Below the pieces are notes generated by a model. That model made no database searches and had not been told where the DNA came from. It was given only the letters and a program-made list of their open reading frames with translations. A stretch of 43,956 nucleotides of DNA from Fibrobacterales bacterium (GTDB lineage Bacteria > Fibrobacterota > Fibrobacteria > Fibrobacterales > JAOPTW01), in assembly GCA_051532035.1 (NCBI GenBank), contig JAOPTW010000017.1, positions 1 through 43,956 of the forward strand. The letters are read 5' to 3'. Below, piece after piece: positions 8,402 to 17,538 of this stretch (positions within the stretch are counted from its first letter, which is position 1; each line of letters begins with the position of its first letter). Made by a program: the position numbers and the translations under genes.

Positions 8402-9943
8402 ATGATTAAATCAATAATTAAAAAAGTAACACTTATAGCGGCACTCAGTACTGCTGTGAGCTTTGGGGCATATTCAATAACAGAGGTGCAAAGCTCTGAA
8501 TTTCTTGGGGACCAGTTTGTTCAATCAATGGACAATGGTAATCTTGTAATTAAAGATAGAGCGGATAATGGTGGTTATCGTGAACCGTATTCATATGAAA
8601 CATATACCGTTATAGGTTCAGCTGTCGAAAAGATACCTGGTACAGGAAGGTATCCGACATATAATATCATTAATGATGGAGCAGTTGTATGGGCAGAGAG
8701 CATGTACCGTGTGGGATTCGTTGGTATTAAGTCGTACGCTAACGGTGTTACATCTGATATCCTAACCAACACTCGATTACAATCGGCTCATTTTAGTGGT
8801 GATATTATCACGTGGGTTACACTTTCAGAACATGATTTAAATTCAGATGTATACTACAAAGAAGCGGGCACCACTTATCAGGTTACAAATAGTCAGGCAA
8901 TTAAGGCTGAAGTGAAAACTGATGGAACATCTATTGTTTGGAGGGAATATACTGCAGAAGGTGCAACGATTAAACGTTTTGATAAACAAGCTATTATGGA
9001 GATCAATTCTGAGTGTGTTAATTGTCAACAAGTACAAATCGACAATCATCAAATTGTATATCAATCACGTGCTAACAATGACGATGACTGGGACATTTTT
9101 CTGTATAGTGGTGGGGTTAATACACAGTTAAGTACCAGCCCAGATCATGATTGCGATCCAATAATTGATAATGGTATGGTTGTATGGAGAAACAATTCAG
9201 GACTCTACCTTTATAATGGAGCAATTGTTACACAACTCGCAGAAGGTACAATCACTCAGTATTCACTCGATAATGGACAAGTAGTGTGGAGTCAGGTTCC
9301 TGCCGGTGAAACCGACAGTGAGGTGTTTGTGTGGAATGGTAATGAGACTATTCGTCTTACGGATAATACTGATGATGAAAAAAGTGTAAAGATCAATAGT
9401 GGTGTAATCGCATGGGATAATGAAACTACTGGTTCTGTGTTTATGGCACGCTATTTTGATCTCGTTGGAGAAGTACTCCCTTGTACTGCTGAACTCAACT
9501 CAAACAAACGTGGTATGTCTTCGATTGGTTGTGCATATGCTGATGTACAAATCGGTGATATGGTTTACTTCTTAGAAGATGGAGCCGAGTATGCAATCAC
9601 TGTAGTAGATGCTAATGAGTGGTGGATTGGTTTTAGCTGGACAGAAGCTGAGTACCAAGGTGCAACTACCAAAGGAACACTTGTTGTTATTAAAGATAGA
9701 TCAGCAGAACAGAATGTACTTCCATGTAACGGTTCGTTGAATGGTGATAAGTATGGCATTACTTCACAGAGCTGCCCATTTGAAAATGTACAGGTGGGAG
9801 ACCTCCTTTATTTCACTATTGATGGCGTTGATTTTTCAAAAGAAGTAGTAGAAGCAAATGAGTGGTGGGTTGGTTTTGATCGTACACAAACTCCCTACCA
9901 AGGTCAGGCTTCTTTCGGTCAACTTTCTGTTATAAGAAACTAA
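8402..9943 (+). CDS. Secreted beta-propeller-repeat protein with a duplicated ~80-aa C-terminal domain of unknown family
   Basis: ATG 8402 with AAAGGA SD; signal peptide ending AVSFG; repeats such as DIFLYSGGVNTQLS...PIIDNGMVVW and EVFVWNGNETIRLTDN...INSGVIAW. Confidence 0.8.
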   Translation: MIKSIIKKVTLIAALSTAVSFGAYSITEVQSSEFLGDQFVQSMDNGNLVIKDRADNGGYREPYSYETYTVIGSAVEKIPGTGRYPTYNIINDGAVVWAESMYRVGFVGIKSYANGVTSDILTNTRLQSAHFSGDIITWVTLSEHDLNSDVYYKEAGTTYQVTNSQAIKAEVKTDGTSIVWREYTAEGATIKRFDKQAIMEINSECVNCQQVQIDNHQIVYQSRANNDDDWDIFLYSGGVNTQLSTSPDHDCDPIIDNGMVVWRNNSGLYLYNGAIVTQLAEGTITQYSLDNGQVVWSQVPAGETDSEVFVWNGNETIRLTDNTDDEKSVKINSGVIAWDNETTGSVFMARYFDLVGEVLPCTAELNSNKRGMSSIGCAYADVQIGDMVYFLEDGAEYAITVVDANEWWIGFSWTEAEYQGATTKGTLVVIKDRSAEQNVLPCNGSLNGDKYGITSQSCPFENVQVGDLLYFTIDGVDFSKEVVEANEWWVGFDRTQTPYQGQASFGQLSVIRN

Positions 9944-10022
9944 GTATACCGCTTTAGGTTTACCATACACTCTCCCCAAGAGTACTTGTTTGAATTGTTG
10001 AACAAGTAGTAGGTGATACATA

Positions 10023-10058
10023 TGAAAAGGTTGTCTCAGATTTGAGGCAACCTTTTCA
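10023..10058. terminator. Bidirectional intrinsic terminator between convergent genes
   Basis: TGAAAAGGTTGTCTCA-GATT-TGAGGCAACCTTTTCA. Confidence 0.8.
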
Positions 10059-10179
10059 ATTCAAAACGTTATCTTAAATAAATTAATCGATAAGGTTTTC
10101 TGAATTACCGTCAATATTTGCAGAAGGTACACAGTTTTTTATTTATACATCTTTTATAACGAATAGTACTGAGTTTTAA

Positions 10180-11178
10180 CTAAAACTCAGATTGAGTCAG
10201 AGCACAGCAACTGACTTCAGATGAGTTATCGACGCACAACCTCATATCGTTATATTTGGGCTTACCGTCGCACATTGCCGGTACATAAGAGTCATCACTG
10301 AGCAGTTTACCAGCATAGTTCAAGAGTTCATTCCATTCGGCAGTTAATAAATCGGGTCTTTTTTGTAATCTAATTATTAATGCCTTGTTGTTTTCAACAT
10401 TGAGTGTTCCATCTTCATTATAGAGGCTTTCATTAAAGTCTATTTGGATTATCTCTAAGATTTTATTGAGTGGAAGTTTAGATTCTCCTGAATAAACCGG
10501 TAACTCACCTTTACCAATGCCGTATACTTGAACGGTAATTATTCGAATGTTATTTGAGATCTCTTCGATAATTTCTGGGTTATTACATTTGGTATCTTTA
10601 GTTGTACAGCTTGAACTTTGTTTAATTTGCACGATAGTTGCTTCAACCAATTCGATTACTTCTTGTGATAAAAGGTCGGGGCGTTGTTGTATTCTAAATA
10701 AAAAATCCAGAGCTGCTGCACTATTTACTGAATTATCATCATTGTACACTGATACGCTCTTTTTATCAACAGGAGGGAAATAGAGGATTTGCCCCGGTTC
10801 TAATGTTCTGTACGCTTGAATGCCATTGCCATTGGCTAATGCAGTTGGGTTCACACCATTAGATTCAAGAGCCGCTATCATTAATTTACCTGAATGTGAA
10901 TAGAGTTCATTCGGTTTTTTGATCCATGAATTAATCATTAGCATACCGGATAGAACAGTCATCTTTCCTGTTTTGGTATAGGCGGGAACTCTATGTGAAA
11001 ATGTTTCTTGTGCAACACCTTTAGTATCATCACTTTCTGTAAGGACCCTTGCCTTTGCTAAAATGGGTGCAGTATCTGATTTTTCATTACCCATCATTGG
11101 GTTAGTATGATTCGCATCGCATGCGACTAGTACCATTAACGTTAACCCCAGTCCAATTTTAAGAAAATTATTGATCAT
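10180..11178 (-). CDS. Hypothetical lipoprotein with a LysM-like segment and a duplicated ~36-aa motif
   Basis: Lipobox LVAC; GVNPTALANGNGI....LEPGQILYFP resembles the second half of LysM; motif YN.D...N........R.Q.RPDLL occurs twice. Confidence 0.7.
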   Translation of the reverse strand: MINNFLKIGLGLTLMVLVACDANHTNPMMGNEKSDTAPILAKARVLTESDDTKGVAQETFSHRVPAYTKTGKMTVLSGMLMINSWIKKPNELYSHSGKLMIAALESNGVNPTALANGNGIQAYRTLEPGQILYFPPVDKKSVSVYNDDNSVNSAAALDFLFRIQQRPDLLSQEVIELVEATIVQIKQSSSCTTKDTKCNNPEIIEEISNNIRIITVQVYGIGKGELPVYSGESKLPLNKILEIIQIDFNESLYNEDGTLNVENNKALIIRLQKRPDLLTAEWNELLNYAGKLLSDDSYVPAMCDGKPKYNDMRLCVDNSSEVSCCALTQSEF

Positions 11179-11305
11179 AGCTCTTATTCCCTATCTTGTT
11201 TATTCATCCAATAACTAAGGTAATGATTTACTGAGGGATTATATGCTTTTTGGAGGGTTGCGTTTTGAAATTACAAATCTGTAGTGTAGCCACCTAGAAT
11301 ATGTT

Positions 11306-11346
11306 AAAAAGGGAAGTAGCCAATCTGGGACAATCAACTACTTCCC
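11306..11346 (-). terminator. Intrinsic terminator about 130 nt upstream of the 11178 start codon
   Basis: Minus strand GGGAAGUAGUUGAU-UGUCCCAG-AUUGGCUACUUCCC-UUUUU, 14-bp stem with three G-U pairs. Confidence 0.7.
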
Positions 11347-11525
11347 TTCCAAAGGAACTGATTAGCGGGTTATACACAACAGGTAGAAACAAAACAATAA
11401 TTCCCTCTGGGACAAGATAGAGAGAACACCTAAACCTTAATCAGTGGCTTCCTGGCTGAACCATACACTGTCCTGACCAATCAACCCCCTTAATACGAGG
11501 TGAGTTTCACAATAGTTCCCTCTTT
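11306..11525 (-). ncRNA. Candidate structured sRNA or attenuating leader, family not recognised
   Basis: Several stems pair better on the minus strand through G-U pairs; two hairpins expose UUGUCCC; ends in a terminator stem plus UUUUU; 5' boundary is a guess. Confidence 0.45.
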
Positions 11526-11667
11526 TTTACATTTTTTAAATTTTCTTAATTTTTATCAATAAACAGCTCTCATTGGCCTCGCTCATGGCACCTATACCAG
11601 AACGTTGTCTCTTCTTTGTTTAGCGCTTTTGTCTAATTTTTAATTTCTTTTATTCTTAAGTATTATT

Positions 11668-11835
11668 CCCAAGCGCCGGCCTGGAGCGGCCAGACCTTTT
11701 GGGTGCCCAAAAGACTGGACCTCTAAATGCGAGAGCATTTAGCATTTGCCGCAGGCAAACCCGTAGGGTGAGGAAGCAATGTTTGCTGATGAATAAAAGG
11801 CACTCTGCTGAGGGCTTCAGTATGGGGCTTTTGTG
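11668..11835 (+). repeat. GC-rich multi-hairpin element (REP/MITE-like or ncRNA)
   Basis: Six closely spaced hairpins, with GAGA, GCA and GTA loops among them, in AT-rich surroundings; only one copy in this window. Confidence 0.5.
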
Positions 11836-12135
11836 TGTTACCCAGGTTACACTGTTCTGTACATCCTCAAGCTGTATTTGACCCTTTCGAATGCGCTGCA
11901 TACTGCAAAACGTGCTCTGCACTTGGTAAAAGAAGGTTCGGGCACATAACACATTCGCAACGCCCCCCACTAAAGTGTACTCAATATGTTCGCATTTGTA
12001 AAACAATATAGAACATCCATCTCACCTCACAACTTAGATGTATCGGTAAGTATATTGTACGCACAAATACACCAGCTACCTGAGAGACTGGTATACTTTA
12101 CTTACTTTCATACCCAAAGTGATTGGAGAACGTCA

Positions 12136-15100
12136 ATGAATACACTATTATTTTTCCTACTCTTTCTGGGATTTTGTACCACAAATACCTATGCACAAAT
12201 ATCAAAAAAACATTATATACCCCCTGTATTTGGAGTTGGTGCTGGGACCAATCCAGGATTCATCTTAGTTCTCACAACTCTTGAAGAAACCCCCTTTGAC
12301 GTAACCATTACAAACGGAGATGGTACCTATTCTGAAACCGTTTCATTAAGTAAGGATCTCCCTCAAGAACTTAATCCGAAACTCAACAATAAACTTGTAG
12401 GATATGTGATTGCAAACAACTCAAACGATACAACGCAACCCAACTTGAATGGTTTACTCAATACCACATTTTCCGATAAGGGATTTATCCTTGAGGGCAG
12501 CAGCCCATTTTTTGCCAACTATCACATAAATCAAGGAGCTCAAGCTGATATACTCACTTCAAAAGGAACCTCTGGAATTGGCACCGATTTTTTTACAGGG
12601 CATCAACATGGCAGTTATTCAGAAGACAATTCTAGAGCACAATTTACCTCTGTTATGGCCATTCATGATGGAACCAGTATCACCTTCACGAATAGTAGGG
12701 TACAATTTTGGGGCAAAACCAGTAATACCTTTAGCATAACACTCAATGCCGGTGAATCATATATTGTGGGTAACAGCATGCTCGGCATTGTAAGTATGTG
12801 TGGCGCAACAAATACATGTGTGAATGACTATAATGGCACACATATCGTTGCTACAAAAGAAATTGTGGTAAACAGTGGATCAAGTCATGGAGGCTTTACT
12901 ACAAAAGTAACCGGTGTTACAAAAGACGTTGGCTTTGATCAGATAGTACCTATAGAGTATGTCGGAACAGAGTATATCTTAATTGAGGGCAATGGAACCA
13001 GTTCTAACAAAATGAATGAAGTTGCCATTGTTGTTGCAACTAAAAACAATACCACAGTGCAGGTTAATGGTAAAACAAATGCTGCTAATACATACACGCT
13101 TATAAATAAGGGCGACTATGTAATTATTCAGTGGGAAAAATTTATCAATACGGCAATGCACATTCAGTCTAATAAAAACATATATGTCTACCAAACGGTA
13201 GCGGGGGGACGAGGACAAAACACTGCAGGCATGATGTTTATTCCACGCCTTTCATTTAATGCAACAAAAGAGATCCTCATTTCAGGGCTGGATATGCTCT
13301 TTGGAGATTCTTCGGCTTCAGCAGCATGGCCGTCCATTAATATTGTAACCGTTGCCGGCGCAGACGTTACCATAAACGGTACAACAGTACCTAAAAGCAG
13401 TGCATTTTCCATTGTAGGCACCCAAGACTGGGTAGCATATCGCATAAAGAAACTTACCGACTATGGTGACCGAGACGGGAGTTTTAATATTACCTCAACG
13501 CGCGCAATGACCAGTTCTGTAACGTTTACGGCGGGAGTCATTGGCGGCGGCGGTTACTATTCCGGGTTTGGAGAAGCTGATGCTGAAGCCGGTGTTGGTA
13601 CTATCGGTATTGTATCTGACACTATTGTATGTAATGAAACAACAACACTCCTCGCAGAAGGTGGTCTTGGATATACTTGGAGTGCGCGTACTCAAGCACA
13701 CATGCAATTAGTGACCAAACAAAATGATTCAATACTCACGTTTACCCCTCAATCCTCATGGGGGTCTGGACTCTTTACCTATCAGGTGATATCTCAAGAG
13801 GGGCTTCCTTCGGGACGCGAAATTTTAGACACAACCAACCTTTTTATTACTGTTGAAACTCCCGATATGTATCGTGATGATACGCTCTATATCTGCAAGG
13901 ATAGCACTGCGTATCTCCCCTATCCAAAACATAATCGCCAACAAAATAACTCAGACAAAACAACCCGTAATACCAATATAGCGTGGACACCGAGCCAGTC
14001 TGTCAGTGATACGCATATTCTGTCCCCTCAAATAACCGGGCTCACTGCTCAAACCACTTTTGACGTTACCTACGATGATGGTAAGTGCACCGATACTGGC
14101 CATGTAGAAGTGATTCCTGTTGACTGTGGCCGTTGTTCTGTTACGGTCCCCAAAGACACAACACTCTATTTGGGAGAAAGTTTTAACATTATCCCCCAGG
14201 GATTCGGCGACTTTTCTCATTGGACTGCTGCAACAAAACAATCACGTGACACAATCAAAACCCAAAATAGTGTTATAGCACCAAAGAAGTCAACAACGTA
14301 TACTGCCAATTATAACAATGCTATCAGACAGAGTCCCGAAGCTGATTGGGATAGTAACACCTATTGCCAAGCTACATTTAAGGTTGCTGTGTTAGCATTA
14401 AACGCGGCTCCTAAGAACATTGGAGATGACATATATATGTGCTCTGGTGACCAGGCAATACTTAATGAGAATGATCCCAACGCTGCAAATTCAGGTGCAC
14501 TTGATAATTATTTTACCTGGGCTCCTGATGCACTTCTTGATAGTGCACACAAAATGTCTCCTAAAGCTACTCTGTATGATCCAGAGACTGAATTTACAGT
14601 GGTATATGATGATGGCCAGTATAGAGTTGAAGATACTATCAAAGTGTTTACTGAAGACTGTGGGGTGTGCCGATTAACCGCTGCTATAAATGGAGAGTCA
14701 AATAAAATCACCATTTGTAAAGGTGAAAGCGTTGAGCTTTCGGCCGATGGTCGTGGTGACTTTTTAAGCTGGGAATACACGATAGATGGTAACACACAAA
14801 GAATATTTGAAGAAACTCCTACCGTATCTCCCGACTCAACGATAGATTATCTGGTTAAATATAATAATGCCGTAAAACTCGTTCCTGGAGGTGAGTTCCA
14901 TCCCAGTATTACCTGCGCGACCGAAGCAGAAGTGACGATAATTGATTGCGCAGTAGCTGGAGAAGCAGGGGTGCACACTCTTGGGAACCACAATTATACA
15001 CTATCCTGTAATAAGCCGGTAAAGCTTTTTGCTGTTGGCGGTGATGCATATACCTGGAACAGTCCATCAGGTCATATGCATCTAGTAGCAGAAATAACTC

Positions 15101-17043
15101 CAGACACATTACTGTTTACCCCACAAAATGATGCGGGAACCGGCCCCTTTTTGTTTAACGTTGAAGTTTCAGGAGGTGCACATTCAATACCAACGATACT
15201 ATCCTTATCAATTACAGCGGTCACCATTCCTGATGATTTTGGTGATGATATCGTTATGTGTGAAGGAGAGCAAGCAATACTGAATGAGACTCGTTCCACT
15301 GTTGAGTTTTCAGATGCACTTGATCAGTATTTTACCTGGGCACCAGAAGCGCTTCTCGATAACGCACACACCATGTCTCCTACAACCACTCTTTATGATG
15401 CAGAGACAGAATTTTCTGTGGTGTATGATGACGGGCTTTGCAGAGTTGAAGATACCATCAAAGTAATGACTGAAGATTGTGGGGTGTGTCGCTTAACCGC
15501 CGCTATAAATGGAGAGTCAAATAAAATCACCATTTGCAAAGGTGATAGCGTTGAGCTTTCGGCCGATGGTCGTGGTGATTTTTTAAGTTGGGAGTACAAA
15601 GAACATGGTAACACACAAAGAATATTCGAAGAGACCCCAACGGTATCTCCCGACTCAACCCGAGAGTATCTGGTAAAATACAATAACGCAGTTAAAATTG
15701 TTCCCGGTGGTGAATTCCATCCCACTATTTCCTGTGGGACCGAGGCAGAAATCACGGTAATTAATTGTGATGAAGTGACGTACCCCGAAGCAAAAGTAGT
15801 CAAAGCAGATATTTTTGATTTAGATGGCAACGGTATTGCAGAAACCATTCACGTTACGTTTGATAGAGTTCTAGAGAGCCTTCCTCAGGGCATCAGCTCA
15901 ATAGACTGGCCGGTAGAAGGCGGAAATAATATTACTCCAGAATTAGAGGAGCTTGCATTTCTTGATTCTATTACCGTTGTTATCACCCTTGAGGGTGCTT
16001 TTGAATTAGCCACTGAGGCCGATACGACCAATCCACCTCATTTAACCTATGGGAACAGCTCGGCTATTATAGAAGACAAGATTGGCCCTGTAGTAGTCAG
16101 TGCCATTAAAAAGCCGTCTGTATCCTATCAATATGTTATAAAAAATGAAGAGGGTGAGTATAGCTATCATCTGCAATCAGATACTCTTATTATTACCCTG
16201 TCTGAAGCGGTTGCTATCCCTCAGCGAAACTGGAATAGCATTTATTCAATATCCGTTGCTGATGGTTCCCCCTATTCTCTCGATATAACAACCAAACCAA
16301 GCCTGGGCGAAAACAGTTACACATGGCATGTTCCCATTAATGTAGAAAACAGCTCACCTTTTCCTTCTGTTGGAGACCATGTATCATTCAACTCAACGAG
16401 TAAAAGAACTGATGCATTTGATAATACAGTGAGAGAGCGCTTTGTTGAAATTACTGGATCACTCAGTAAACAGAGTGGATTTGGTACAAAATTTAGAACC
16501 GCTGTTATTGGCGTGAACTCCGACCTTAATCAAACTATTACTACAGGGAATATCCCAGTATATACTCTGCAGGGAGAACTACTCAATGAAGTTGCTCAAG
16601 GAAAAGCAACACTCAATAACAGCTGGGTGCCTCCCAATCTTGTGGCGCTTCCTCATAATTCTGATGCCCAGTGCTCTGACCATCAAGTGTTACAATATGA
16701 TTTTGACACATCTTGTTTAGCATCCCTAGTAGTGGCCGCATTTAAAGATCAAGGACCTTACACCGCAAAAGTCTTTGTACTTGACCACCTTGGTCAATAC
16801 TTGGATCACTGGACTCAACAATTTGGATATTGCAAGGAATTTGAAAATGAAGACCGTCAATCACTCACAAATATTGAGAACTTTTTCATCAATGATCTTA
16901 TATGGGATATGTACGATAGTCGTGATCGACTAGTGGGATCAGGAATCTATTTTTGGAAGGTAGCTATTACTTACGAATCAGGAAAAACTGAAAGTTTTAC
17001 CAAACAAATGGGTTTGATTAGACGGCCCGATGCATGTCATTAA
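12136..17043 (+). CDS. Large secreted adhesin-like protein: N-terminal IgGFc-binding-type domain, Cys-containing Ig/PKD-like repeats, Fibrobacter-type C-terminal region
   Basis: ATG 12136 with GGAG SD and signal peptide; DQIVPIEYVGTEYI, IVVATKNNTTV.VNG and I.SNKNIYVYQ motifs; repeated ICKGESVELSA.G and WAP...LD modules; C-terminal WD..D..DRLVGSGIYFWK. Confidence 0.8.
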   Translation: MNTLLFFLLFLGFCTTNTYAQISKKHYIPPVFGVGAGTNPGFILVLTTLEETPFDVTITNGDGTYSETVSLSKDLPQELNPKLNNKLVGYVIANNSNDTTQPNLNGLLNTTFSDKGFILEGSSPFFANYHINQGAQADILTSKGTSGIGTDFFTGHQHGSYSEDNSRAQFTSVMAIHDGTSITFTNSRVQFWGKTSNTFSITLNAGESYIVGNSMLGIVSMCGATNTCVNDYNGTHIVATKEIVVNSGSSHGGFTTKVTGVTKDVGFDQIVPIEYVGTEYILIEGNGTSSNKMNEVAIVVATKNNTTVQVNGKTNAANTYTLINKGDYVIIQWEKFINTAMHIQSNKNIYVYQTVAGGRGQNTAGMMFIPRLSFNATKEILISGLDMLFGDSSASAAWPSINIVTVAGADVTINGTTVPKSSAFSIVGTQDWVAYRIKKLTDYGDRDGSFNITSTRAMTSSVTFTAGVIGGGGYYSGFGEADAEAGVGTIGIVSDTIVCNETTTLLAEGGLGYTWSARTQAHMQLVTKQNDSILTFTPQSSWGSGLFTYQVISQEGLPSGREILDTTNLFITVETPDMYRDDTLYICKDSTAYLPYPKHNRQQNNSDKTTRNTNIAWTPSQSVSDTHILSPQITGLTAQTTFDVTYDDGKCTDTGHVEVIPVDCGRCSVTVPKDTTLYLGESFNIIPQGFGDFSHWTAATKQSRDTIKTQNSVIAPKKSTTYTANYNNAIRQSPEADWDSNTYCQATFKVAVLALNAAPKNIGDDIYMCSGDQAILNENDPNAANSGALDNYFTWAPDALLDSAHKMSPKATLYDPETEFTVVYDDGQYRVEDTIKVFTEDCGVCRLTAAINGESNKITICKGESVELSADGRGDFLSWEYTIDGNTQRIFEETPTVSPDSTIDYLVKYNNAVKLVPGGEFHPSITCATEAEVTIIDCAVAGEAGVHTLGNHNYTLSCNKPVKLFAVGGDAYTWNSPSGHMHLVAEITPDTLLFTPQNDAGTGPFLFNVEVSGGAHSIPTILSLSITAVTIPDDFGDDIVMCEGEQAILNETRSTVEFSDALDQYFTWAPEALLDNAHTMSPTTTLYDAETEFSVVYDDGLCRVEDTIKVMTEDCGVCRLTAAINGESNKITICKGDSVELSADGRGDFLSWEYKEHGNTQRIFEETPTVSPDSTREYLVKYNNAVKIVPGGEFHPTISCGTEAEITVINCDEVTYPEAKVVKADIFDLDGNGIAETIHVTFDRVLESLPQGISSIDWPVEGGNNITPELEELAFLDSITVVITLEGAFELATEADTTNPPHLTYGNSSAIIEDKIGPVVVSAIKKPSVSYQYVIKNEEGEYSYHLQSDTLIITLSEAVAIPQRNWNSIYSISVADGSPYSLDITTKPSLGENSYTWHVPINVENSSPFPSVGDHVSFNSTSKRTDAFDNTVRERFVEITGSLSKQSGFGTKFRTAVIGVNSDLNQTITTGNIPVYTLQGELLNEVAQGKATLNNSWVPPNLVALPHNSDAQCSDHQVLQYDFDTSCLASLVVAAFKDQGPYTAKVFVLDHLGQYLDHWTQQFGYCKEFENEDRQSLTNIENFFINDLIWDMYDSRDRLVGSGIYFWKVAITYESGKTESFTKQMGLIRRPDACH
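14419..15768 (+). repeat. Intragenic duplication, about 530 bp (14419-14949 vs 15238-15768)
   Basis: Long identical nucleotide runs such as GCTATAAATGGAGAGTCAAATAAAATCACCATTTG; offset 819 bp; many differences at third codon positions. Confidence 0.9.
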
Positions 17044-17124
17044 TGAGCGAGACTCTTGACCCTATCGTGCGGATGAGAAGAATCATATTTTGTAATAAGT
17101 ATTAGTGACACTTTTTAAAGAAAC

Positions 17125-17161
17125 AAAAAAGGGATAAAAAAGCAACGCTCTTTTATCCCTT
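17125..17161 (-). terminator. Terminator hairpin oriented for a minus-strand transcript; may also end the adhesin transcript
   Basis: Minus strand GGGAUAAAAGAGC-GUU-GCUUUUUUAUCCC-UUUUUU. Confidence 0.65.
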
Positions 17162-17505
17162 ACAGGGGTGGATATACCGCTGACATTGGCAACGCTGGTA
17201 CTGAGGCATGGACTATCCAAATGCAACAGACTGCAATTCCACTGGTTCAAGGAAAACAGTACACACTCCGTTTTGATGCTCGTGCAGCATGGGATCGTAC
17301 TGTTGATGTAAAACTCGAAACTGATGGAACTCCATGGACTAACTATGGAAACATAGACCCAACATCTATTACCACAACAATGGAAACCTATGAGCACACC
17401 TTTACTATAAACACTACTGATATGAATGCACGCCTCGTACTCAATCTTGGTGGAAACAGTGCAGATGTTGTCTTCGATAATATACAGGTTATTGAACTTC
17501 CGTAA
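17161..17505 (+). pseudogene. 5'-truncated CBM4/9-type carbohydrate-binding module remnant
   Basis: CBM4-like sequence GYTADIGNAGTEAWTIQMQQ..IPLVQGKQYTLRFDA...ARLVLNLGG...VVFDNI starts upstream of the only ATG (17221); in-frame stop at 17116; no signal peptide. Confidence 0.7.
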
Positions 17506-17538
17506 TAGAAGTATTCGTTAATAGTACTATACAATATC

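Noticed and set aside
11437..11525. Cobalamin riboswitch, c-di-GMP-II riboswitch or SRP RNA (fragments AGGGAA, GTGAAA, AGCCAGGA, GCCACTG, GGTCAGG)
   Set aside because: Fragments are in the wrong order or spacing and core elements are missing; kept only as an unassigned RNA candidate
11942..11995. Integron attC site (ACATAAC)
   Set aside because: No matching GTTRRRY end or long imperfect palindrome, no cassette array and no integrase
11656..12006. 116-aa minus ORF and 60-aa plus ORF over the hairpin cluster
   Set aside because: No recognisable motifs and atypical composition; open frames are explained by GC-rich palindromic DNA
14419..15768. Near-identical repeat pair as a DGR template/variable repeat
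   Set aside because: Both copies are in frame within one gene, differences are largely third-position and not adenine-specific, and no reverse transcriptase is present in the window
17083..17397. 104-aa minus-strand ORF as the owner of the 17125-17161 terminator
   Set aside because: It runs through the hairpin, is antisense to the CBM4 remnant and has no protein-like features
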